Of a DNA stretch of 64,000 nt, positions 26,569 to 37,498 are shown piece by piece; positions within the stretch are counted from its first letter, which is position 1, and every line of letters begins with the position of its first letter. The position numbers and the translations under genes were made by a program. The DNA is taken from the NCBI RefSeq assembly GCF_006345805.1, contig NC_043020.1:22444001-22508000 (forward strand), given 5' to 3'. The notes under the pieces are model-generated. The model saw nothing but the letters and a program-made list of their open reading frames with translations. It was not told the origin of the DNA and made no database searches. Source of the stretch: Octopus sinensis. Taxonomy: Eukaryota.

Positions 26569-27754
26569 TTTTAAAGATTAAAATAAAAATAAAATTGTGA
26601 GAAGATAGACAAGCGATATAGAAAGTTAAAACCAAAACAGGTAAGCATATATTTACGTTTCGATGAAAGAAGAGGAAGAAGGAAAAGGGGAAGAAACACA
26701 AAAAGAGAAACCGATTGGGGAGGAGAAAGAAGAGGAAATATAGAATATAACGTGAGGTGTACTAATAACACGTAACCCCGCCATTGCCGACCCCAAGTGA
26801 TAATGGTCAAGTGAGCCTAATGATAATGTTTATGCAGAACTATAAATATCCGGCATAACTCTAGATGTGTGCCCATCCCATTGACTTTGTTGCCCCATAA
26901 CTTTCAGAAAAATGGATACTTTTTAACGAAATTTTCAACAAATATTGCTAAGATGCTGCGCATTCAGAGTATATAGGGATTTAGGGAAAATAATTTTTTT
27001 CAGAGGGGTGTGGAGAGAAGTTTCAGAAAATTCAGACGATCCAACATTTTTCCATCATAACTTTCAGGAAAATGGATATCTTTTAGTGAAATTTTATACA
27101 AATACTTTTCAAACGGAATAGAGTACGATTATAAAGAAATTTGTGTGGAAAACTTTTCCAGAGGGAGTGGGGAGAGGAGTTTTGGATCAGGAAACTTTAC
27201 GTTGATAACCAGAGCTGTTAATTATGGCTGATTGGGGATAAATCAGTTGCAATGAGTCACTGGGGTAGAAGTTATGTGGTCACTCAACCTTTTTGAAATA
27301 GGAGCCAAATTTCTTTCAAATTCCACGAAGAGAATACTAAAGCGACGTGCAATAATTACGTTTTCAAAATATTTTTTAAAACGTAACCGCCAGAAAATGT
27401 TTACGGCAGAGAATGTTTTCACCTCAATAGATGTCATTGATTGGTTGAAATTGCCGAAATTGAAGAAAATATCTTACAAACTACAGAATTTTCTCAAGAA
27501 AGCCAAGAGAAAAAGATGTTTTATAAATACATTCTACCAGTATACGAAGTTTAAAAGTGTTTAGTTACGTGGAAATTATTTTAAAAAACTGCCGGTCAAA
27601 CCAAAAAATCCACGACGTGCAATAATTACGTTTTAAAAAATATTTTAAAACGTAATTCTTGCCTGTCGCTTTAGTATTCTCTTGCTACGAAAAATCCTAT
27701 CTGCACTAGAAACACTCAAGTGATTCCTTGTCAGCTCATGCAATCTCCAAGGGG

Positions 27755-27951
27755 GAACTACCATTGAGTTTGTAATATTTGATATCGAAAGTGCGGCTGA
27801 AGACACGAAGACAGCTTCACGCGTTTATTTTGATAATTTGTTGAGGAAATCAGGATCTGCGAATTTTGGTAAAAACCTTGGCAATCCTCATTCTAAGAGT
27901 CTGATATTTACTTTAGAGAAAATATTGATTCACTGTTTAGATCTGAAAACG
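27755..27951 (+). promoter_or_regulatory. Putative non-coding first exon of ZNF-B
   Basis: gatatcgaaagtgcggctgaagac motif; donor aaacg|gtaag at 27951/27952. Confidence 0.65.
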
Positions 27952-28685
27952 GTAAGTTGATAAATGTTTGTTTTGATGTCTGTAAATAATGATATTCTGC
28001 TTCACTTGGCGAATAAGGAACTTAAATTGGAGTGAAAACATCTGACAATGGGCAAAGACATTTCCTTCGGATACAGTAATTACATAAGTGTGAAAGCTTT
28101 TGTATCCGTGTCCTGCAGAGAGCAATTTGCCACAAATATCGATTTTGGCGAACCTTCGGTATAGGTACACACGGGACTTTGTTTACATACATGAAGATAA
28201 GAGAAACCCTTTTCTCCCACCCCTAACCCTAAGCTCCCATATATATAAAAAAAAATACTTTCTTGAAATGTATCCGGTACTTATACCGAAGTTACGCCGA
28301 ATCGTGTTTCACTTGGCTGATAAGGTGATTATATGGAAGTGAAATAGCGGAGTTCTAATCGAAGAACCATTTAACCTGTCGGGCTATTATGGATTCTGGA
28401 TCGAAGAATCCCACCCCTAACCCTGATCCTATCACAAACCCTAACCCTAACCCCCTATATATATATATAAAAAAAACACTTTCTTGAAATGTATCCGGTA
28501 CTTATACCGAAGTTACGCCCGATTTTAATGCTACAGCTTCTGTCGTTTATGTTAATGTTCATAAGTAAAGCGGTCACATCCTCTCGAGAATTTTCAGGAC
28601 AGATAACAGTATGATATTGTTTCTAGCTCGTATGAATACATTTATCAATAGTTGGGTTACTTTCTTCAGACATATTTTCTTTTTT

Positions 28686-28855
28686 TGCGATCCTTCGGTA
28701 TAGGTACCGGAAGTGGCTTTGTTTACATTTCTGAAGGTAACAGAAGCCCTTTTCTCCCACCCCTAACCCAAACACAAACCCTAACCCTCCATATATATAT
28801 AAAAAGAGACAACACTTTCTTGAAATGTATCCGGTACCTATACCGAAGTTACGCC
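28686..28855. mobile_element. ~170-bp GGCG-family MITE with a 9-bp TSD (two further partial copies at ~28150-28520)
   Basis: TIR cttcggtataggtaccgga / tccggtacctataccgaag; TSD ttctttttt; the paralogous site in the ZNF-C intron (~42365) is empty. Confidence 0.85.
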
Positions 28856-29086
28856 TTCTTTTTTGTTAATGTTTTTTTCTTTGTTCATGGTGTCGCTGTT
28901 TGATCTGTTAAAAAAAAAAAAATACTCGTAGCATCGATGAAAAACTTTAGGGGTGATAACAGAGCTGTTAATTATAGCGGATTGGGGATAAAACAGCTGC
29001 AATGAGTCACTGGCGTAGAAGTTATGTGGTCATTCAACTTTCTTGGAATAGGAGCCAAATTTCTTTCAAATTCCACTTACATTGGT

Positions 29087-29376
29087 CGTTTGTTTGTTCC
29101 TTCTCGAGCCAAACCTGGCTCATAAGGGCAGGTTTCCCGGTTTCCTTGGCGTATAGGTTCCCCACCTGGACGGGACGCCAATCCGTCGCAGGTGGGCTGC
29201 AAGATGCAGGTGGAAAGAGTAAGGAAAAATTGTGGCGAAAGAGTCAGCAGAAGTTCGCCATTACCTTCTGCCGGTGCCGCGTGGAGCTTAGGTGTTTCGC
29301 TCATAAACACACACATCACCCGGTCTGAGATTCGAACCCGCGATCCCTCAATCGTGAGTCCGCTGCTCTAACCACT
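29087..29376 (-). mobile_element. tRNA-headed SINE (family 5) with a 13-bp TSD
   Basis: TSD cacttacattggt at 29074-29086 and 29377-29389; B-box ggttcgaatc; the site is empty in ZNF-C (42571). Confidence 0.9.
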
Positions 29377-29414
29377 CACTTACATTGGTTGGGCAAGTAA
29401 AGAAACACCGCTTC

Positions 29415-32400
29415 GACCCTGTGCTTGAGGAGATCCATTGAGTCAAGTACACCAACATCAAAAATCAATGGAAACTGCAGTTGTGATCCCTGTGCTGGTG
29501 ACACATAAAAAGTACCATCCAAACATGGCCGATGCCAGCGCTGCCTAGACTGGCTTCCATGCTGGTGGCACATAAAAAGTACCATCCAAACATGGCTGAT
29601 GCCAGCGCTGCCTAGACTGGCTTCCATGCTGGTGGCACATAAAAAGCACCATCCAAACATGGCCGATGCCAGCGCTGCCTAGACTGGCTTCCATGCTGGT
29701 GGCACATAAAAAGTACCATCCAAACATGGCCGATGCCAGCGCTGCCTAGACTGGCTTCCATGCTGGTGGCACATAAAAAGTACCATCCAAACATGGCCGA
29801 TGCCAGCGCTGCCTAGACTGGCTTCCATGCTGGTGGCACATAAAAAGTACCATCCAAACATGGCCGATGCCAGCGCTGCCTAGACTGGCTTCCATGCTGG
29901 TGGCACATAAAAAGTACCATCCAAACATGGCCGATGCCAGCGCTGCCTAGACTGGCTTCCATGCTGGTGGCACATAAAAAGTACCATCCAAACATGGCTG
30001 ATGCCAGCGCTGCCTAGACTGGCTTCCATGCTGGTGGCACATAAAAAGCACCATCCAAACATGGCCGATGCCAGCGCTGCCTAGACTGGCTTCCATGCTG
30101 GTGGCACATAAAAAGTACCATCCAAACATGGCCGATGCCAGCGCTGCCTAGACTGGCTTCCATGCTGGTGGCACATAAAAAGTACCATCCAAACATGGCC
30201 GATGCCAGCGCTGCCTAGACTGGCTTCCATGCTGGTGGCACATAAAAAGTACCATCCAAACATGGCTGATGCCAGCGCTGCCTAGACTGGCTTCCATGCT
30301 GGTGGCACATAAAAAGTACCATCCAAACATGGCCGATGCCAGCGCTGCCTAGACTGGCTTCCATGCTGGTGGCACATAAAAAGTACCATCCAAACATGGC
30401 CGATGCCAGCGCTGCCTAGACTGGCTTCCATGCTGGTGGCACATAAAAAGTACCATCCAAACATGGCCGATGCCAGCGCTGCCTAGACTGGCTTCCATGC
30501 TGGTGGCACATAAAAAGTACCATCCAAACATGGCCGATGCCAGCGCTGCCTAGACTGGCTTCCATGCTGGTGGCACATAAAAAGTACCATCCAAACATGG
30601 CCGATGCCAGCGCTGCCTAGACTGGCTTCCATGCTGGTGGCACATAAAAAGCACCATCAAACATGGCCGATGCCAGCGCTGCCTAGACTGGCTTCCATGC
30701 TGGTGGCACATAAAAAGTACCATCCAAACATGGCCGATGCCAGCGCTGCCTAGACTGGCTTCCATGCTGGTGGCACATAAAAAGTACCATCCAAACATGG
30801 CCGATGCCAGCGCTGCCTAGACTGGCTTCCATGCTGGTGGCACATAAAAAGTACCATCCAAACATGGCCGATGCCAGCGCTGCCTAGACTGGCTTCCATG
30901 CTGGTGGCACATAAAAAGCACCATCCAAACATGGCCGATGCCAGCGCTGCCTAGACTGGCTTCCATGCTGGTGGCACATAAAAAGTACCATCCAAACATG
31001 GCCGATGCCAGCGCTGCCTAGACTGGCTTCCATGCTGGTGGCACATAAAAAGTACCATCCAAACATGGCCGATGCCAGCGCTGCCTAGACTGGCTTCCAT
31101 GCTGGTGGCACATAAAAAGTACCATCCAAACATGGCCGATGCCAGCGCTGCCTAGACTGGCTTCCATGCTGGTGGCACATAAAAAGCACCATCCAAACAT
31201 GGCCGATGCCAGCGCTGCCTAGACTGGCTTCCATGCTGGTGGCACATAAAAAGTACCATCCAAACATGGCCGATGCCAGCGCTGCCTAGACTGGCTTCCA
31301 TGCTGGTGGCACAAAAAAGCACCATCCAAACATGGCCGATGCCAGCGCTGCCTAGACTGGCTTCCATGCTGGTGGCACATAAAAAGTACCATCCAAACAT
31401 GGCCGATGCCAGCGCTGCCTAGACTGGCTTCCATGCTGGTGGCACATAAAAAGTACCATCCAAACATGGCCGATGCCAGCGCTGCCTAGACTGGCTTCCA
31501 TGCTGGTGGCACAAAAAAGCACCATCCAAACATGGCCGATGCCAGCGCTGCCTAGACTGGCTTCCATGCTGGTGGCACATAAAAAGTACCATCCAAACAT
31601 GGCCTATGCCAGCGCTGCCTAGACTGGCTTCCATGCTGGTGGCACATAAAAAGTACCATCCAAACATGGCCGATGCCAGCGCTGCCTAGACTGGCTTCCA
31701 TGCTGGTGGCACATAAAAAGCACCATCCAAACATGGCCGATGCCAGCGCTGCCTAGACTGGCTTCCATGCTGGTGGCACATAAAAAGCACCATCCAAACA
31801 TGGCCGATGCCAGCGCTGCCTAGACTGGCTTCCATGCTGGTGGCACATAAAAAGCACCATCCAAACATGGCCGATGCCAGCGCTGCCTAGACTGGCTTCC
31901 ATGCTGGTGGCAATAAAAAGCACCATCCAAACATGGCCGATGCCAGCGCTGCCTAGACTGGCTTCCATGCTGGTGGCACATAAAAAGCACCATCCAAACA
32001 TGGCCGATGCCAGCGCTGCCTAGACTGGCTTCCATGCTGGTGGCACATAAAAAGCACCATCCAAACATGGCCGATGCCAGCGCTGCCTAGACTGGCTTCC
32101 ATGCTGGTGGCACATAAAAAGTACCATCCAAACATGGCCGATGCCAGCGCTGCCTAGACTGGCTTCCATGCTGGTGGCACATAAAAAGCACCATCCAAAC
32201 ATGGCCGATGCCAGCGCTGCCTAGACTGGCTTCCATGCTGGTGGCACATAAAAAGTACCATCCAAACATGGCCGATGCCAGCGCTGCCTAGACTGGCTTC
32301 CATGCTGGTGGCACATAAAAAGTACCATCCAAACATGGCCGATGCCAGCGCTGCCTAGACTGGCTTCCATGCTGGTGGCACATAAAAAGTACCATCCAGC

Positions 32401-35400
32401 GCTGCCTAGACTGGCTTCCATGCTGGTGGCACATAAAAAGTACCATCCAAACATGGCCGATGCCAGCGCTGCCTAGACTGGCTTCCATGCTGGTGGCACA
32501 TAAAAAGTACCATCCAAACATGGCCGATGCCAGCGCTGCCTAGACTGGCTTCCATGCTGGTGGCACATAAAAAGCACCATCCAAACATGGCCGATGCCAG
32601 CGCTGCCTAGACTGGCTTCCATGCTGGTGGCACATAAAAAGTACCATCCAAACATGGCCGATGCCAGCGCTGCCTAGACTGGCTTCCATGCTGGTGGCAC
32701 ATAAAAAGTACCATCCAAACATGGCCGATGCCTGCGCTGCCTAGACTGGCTTCCATGCTGGTGGCACATAAAAAGTACCATCCAAACATGGCCGATGCCA
32801 GCGCTGCCTAGACTGGCTTCCATGCTGGTGGCACATAAAAAGTACCATCCAAACATGGCCGATGCCAGCGCTGCCTAGACTGGCTTCCATGCTGGTGGCA
32901 CATAAAAAGCACCATCCAAACATGGCCGATGCCAGCGCTGCCTAGACTGGCTTCCATGCTGGTGGCACATAAAAAGTACCATCCAAACATGGCCGATGCC
33001 AGCGCTGCCTAGACTGGCTTCCATGCTGGTGGCACATAAAAAGCACCATCCAAACATGGCCGATGCCAGCGCTGCCTAGACTGGCTTCCATGCTGGTGGC
33101 ACATAAAAAGTACCATCCAAACATGGCCGATGCCAGCGCTGCCTAGACTGGCTTCCATGCTGGTGGCACATAAAAAGTACCATCCAAACATGGCCGATGC
33201 CAGCGCTGCCTAGACTGGCTTCCATGCTGGTGGCACATAAAAAGCACCATCCAAACATGGCCGATGCCAGCGCTGCCTAGACTGGCTTCCATGCTGGTGG
33301 CACATAAAAAGTACCATCCAAACATGGCCTATGCCAGCGCTGCCTAGACTGGCTTCCATGCTGGTGGCACATAAAAAGTACCATCCAAACATGGCCGATG
33401 CCAGCGCTGCCTAGACTGGCTTCCATGCTGGTGGCACATAAAAAGCACCATCCAAACATGGCCAATGCCAGCGCTGCCTAGACTGGCTTCCATGCTGGTG
33501 GCACATAAAAAGCACCATCCAAACATGGCCGATGCCAGCGCTGCCTAGACTGGCTTCCATGCTGGTGGCACATAAAAAGCACATCCAAACATGGCCGATG
33601 CCAGCGCTGCCTAGACTGGCTTCCATGCTGGTGGCACATAAAAAGCACCATCCAAACATGGCCGATGCCAGCGCTGCCTAGACTGGCTTCCATGCTGGTG
33701 GCACATAAAAAGCACCATCCAAACATGGCCGATGCCAGCGCTGCCTAGACTGGCTTCCATGCTGGTGGCACATAAAAAGCACCATCCAAACATGGCCGAT
33801 GCCAGCGCTGCCTAGACTGGCTTCCATGCTGGTGGCACATAAAAAGTACCATCCAAACATGGCCGATGCCAGCGCTGCCTAGACTGGCTTCCATGCTGGT
33901 GGCACATAAAAAGCACCATCCAAACATGGCCGATGCCAGCGCTGCCTAGACTGGCTTCCATGCTGGTGGCACATAAAAAGTACCATCCAAACATGGCCGA
34001 TGCCAGCGCTGCCTAGACTGGCTTCCATGCTGGTGGCACATAAAAAGTACCATCCAAACATGGCCGATGCCAGCGCTGCCTAGACTGGCTTCCATGCTGG
34101 TGGCACATAAAAAGTACCATCCAGCGCTGCCTAGACTGCAGCGCTGCCTAGACTGGCTTCCATGCTGGTGGCACATAAAAAGTACCATCCAAACATGGCG
34201 ATGCCAGCGCTGCCTAGACTGGCTTCCATGCTGGTGGCACATAAAAAGTACCATCCAAACATGGCCGATGCCAGCGCTGCCTAGACTGGCTTCCATGCTG
34301 GTGGCACATAAAAAGTACCATCCAGCGCTGCTAGACTGGCTTCCATGCTGGTGGCACATAAAAAGTACCATCCAAACATGGCCGATGCCAGCGCTGCCTA
34401 GACTGGCTTCCATGCTGGTGGCACATAAAAAGTACCATCCAAACATGGCGATGCCAGCGCTGCCTAGACTGGCTTCCATGCTGGTGGCACATAAAAAAGC
34501 ACATCCAAACATGGCCGATGCCAGCGCTGCCTAGACTGGCTTCCATGCTGGTGGCACATAAAAAGTACCATCCAAACATGGCCGATGCCAGCGCTGCCTA
34601 GACTGGCTTCCATGCTGGTGGCACATAAAAAGTACCATCCAAACATGGCCGATGCCAGCGCTACCTAGACTGGCTTCCATGCTGGTGGCACATAAAAAGT
34701 ACCATCCAGCGCTGCCTAGACTGGCTTCCATGCTGGTGGCACATAAAAAGTACCATCCAAACATGGCCGATGCCAGCGCTGCCTAGACTGGCTTCCATGC
34801 TGGTGGCACATAAAAAGTACCATCCAAACATGGCCGATGCCAGCGCTGCCTAGACTGGCTTCCATGCTGGTGGCACATAAAAAGCACCATCCAAACATGG
34901 CCGATGCCAGCGCTGCCTAGACTGGCTTCCATGCTGGTGGCACATAAAAAGTACCATCCAAACATGGCCGATGCCAGCGCTGCCTAGACTGGCTTCCATG
35001 CTGGTGGCACATAAAAAGTACCATCCAAACATGGCCGATGCCAGCGCTGCCTAGACTGGCTTCCATGCTGGTGGCACATAAAAAGTACCATCCAGCGCTG
35101 CCTAGACTGGCTTCCATGCTGGTGGCACATAAAAAGTACCATCCAAACATGGCCGATGCCAGCGCTGCCTAGACTGGCTTCCATGCTGGTGGCACATAAA
35201 AAGTACCATCCAAACATGGCCGATGCCAGCGCTGCCTAGACTGGCTTCCATGCTGGTGGCACATAAAAAGTACCATCCAAACATGGCCGATGCCAGCGCT
35301 GCCTAGACTGGCTTCCATGCTGGTGGCACATAAAAAGTACCATCCAGCGCTGCCTAGACTGGCTTCCATGCTGGTGGCACATAAAAAGTACCATCCAAAC

Positions 35401-36630
35401 ATGGCCGATGCCAGCGCTGCCTAGACTGGCTTCCATGCTGGTGGCACATAAAAAGTACCATCCAAACATGGCCGATGCCAGCGCTGCCTAGACTGGCTTC
35501 CATGCTGGTGGCACATAAAAAGTACCATCCAAACATGGCCGATGCCAGCGCTGCCTAGACTGGCTTCCATGCTGGTGGCACATAAAAAGTACCATCCAGC
35601 GCTGCCTAGACTGGCTTCCATGCTGGTGGCACATAAAAAGTACCATCCAAACATGGCCGATGCCAGCGCTACCTAGACTGGCTTCCATGCTGGTGGCACA
35701 TAAAAAGTACCATCCAAACATGGCCGATGCCAGCGCTGCCTAGACTGGCTTCCATGCTGGTGGCACATAAAAAGTACCATCCAGCGCTGCCTAGACTGGC
35801 TTCCATGCTGGTGGCACATAAAAAGTACCATCCAAACATGGCCGATGCCAGCGCTGCCTAGACTGGCTTCCATGCTGGTGGCACATAAAAAGTACCATCC
35901 AAACATGGCCGATGCCAGCGCTGCCTAGACTGGCTTCCATGCTGGTGGCACATAAAAAGTACCATCCAAACATGGCCGATGCCAGCGCTGCCTAGACTGG
36001 CTTCCATGCTGGTGGCACATAAAAAGTACCATCCAAACATGGCCGATGCCAGCGCTGCCTAGACTGGCTTCCATGCTGGTGGCACATAAAAAGTACCATC
36101 CAAACATGGCCGATGCCAGCGCTGCCTAGACTGGCTTCCATGCTGGTGGCACATAAAAAGTACCATCCAGCGCTGCCTAGACTGGCTTCCATGCTGGTGG
36201 CACATAAAAAGTACCATCCAAACATGGCCGATGCCAGCGCTGCCTAGACTGGCTTCCATGCTGGTGGCACATAAAAAGTACCATCCAGCGCTGCCTAGAC
36301 TGGCTTCCATGCTGGTGGCACATAAAAAGTACCATCCAAACATGGCCGATGCCAGCGCTGCCTAGACTGGCTTCCATGCTGGTGGCACATAAAAAGCACC
36401 AATCCGATCATGGCCGTTGCCAGCCTCACCTGGCACCTGTGCTGGTGGCACGTTAAAAGCACCCACTACACTCACGGAGTGCTTGGCGTTAGGAAGGGCA
36501 TCAAGCTGTAGAAACACTGCTTGATCTGACTGGAGCCTGGTGCACCCTTCTGGCTTCCCAGATCCCCGGTCGAACCGACCAACCCATGCTAGCATGGAGA
36601 ACGGACGTTAAACGATGATGATGATGATGA
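29415..36630 (+). mobile_element. Family 3 retroposon whose internal subunit is amplified to ~6.9 kb
   Basis: Normal family-3 5' flank (gagtcaagtacaccaacatc) and 3' end with (GAT)n tail enclose the array. Confidence 0.8.
29494..36400. repeat. Tandem array of ~105 units of 67 bp (ten 51-bp variants), intronic in ZNF-B
   Basis: Unit gctggtggcacataaaaag(t/c)accatccaaacatggccgatgccagcgctgcctagactggcttccat; no spacers. Confidence 0.97.
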
Positions 36631-36727
36631 GAGGCACCTGAAGAAGTCCTGAAGGTATGACGACTGAAGACACTAATCCAGAAAAAATGTATACTAATTA
36701 TTGTTTATTGTAATATATTTAGTATTA

Positions 36728-36941
36728 GAGCGGTTGTATACTGTCAACTTAACGTGACAGTCCCGTAAAGGGAATCACACCACCGCTATTTAGCCCTAGG
36801 AAGCATCGACGCTTCCTGTTGGCTTTGACACATTTTCTGTGTCCTTATATTTGCAATGGGGAGACAAGCACCCCCACTAGCTAGTGTGGTGTGATTCCCT
36901 TTACGGGACTGTCACGTGAAGTTGACAGTATACAACCGCTC
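36728..36941. mobile_element. 214-bp TA-flanked MITE with ~56-bp TIRs
   Basis: gagcggttgtatactgtcaactt(a/c)acgtgacagtcccgtaaagggaatcacaccac at both ends, 1 mismatch. Confidence 0.85.
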
Positions 36942-37498
36942 TATTGCTCCACCATCGCTCATTTCTCTTTGAGATATTTAGAAATTTGATATTTCTGATA
37001 TTTAATATTACACAATCTGAAAGTGTAGATGTAGACTGTAAATATGTAAACGTCACACAGCTTCCATGTAATTTTAATAAATTGAAATGTGATTTGTTGG
37101 GATGGAGTTTATTGTAGTAAAATTTCTCTGTTGAATCTTTGTTTTTTAATTATCTTCAATATCTTACAGTATTTCTCCATCATTTCAGAACATCAAAGGC
37201 ACTGGCATTAAAGATATACCATCAATATCTGTCAGGCAAAAGGAAGTAATTTTACAGAAGAATTGGAACTGCATTTCTATAAAATGTATCATTAAATTAC
37301 TGTGAAATATTTCCTCTGAGAAATTTCTGTCTTTCATCGTCTGGAGGATTTACAAGATGGTTTCGTGTTTTCAATTAAGTTTGGACAAATTTACAAAGGA
37401 GTTCACTACTGCAATATAAATGGTTCGATCATCACGGAAATATATAAACTGCTGTAAAAACATTCACATTGTTTTCTAAGCACAAAATTTACAGAAGA

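Noticed and set aside
29494-36400. CRISPR array, or a family of 60-aa MFGWYFLCATS... genes
   Set aside because: The units abut with no unique spacers and there are no cas genes. The ORFs arise because a 67-bp period cycles through reading frames.
37469-37498. TTG-initiated N-terminal extensions of ZNF-B and ZNF-D (..K.KIYRRM)
   Set aside because: ZNF-A and ZNF-C have in-frame stops in the same stretch; the conserved ATG is the better start.
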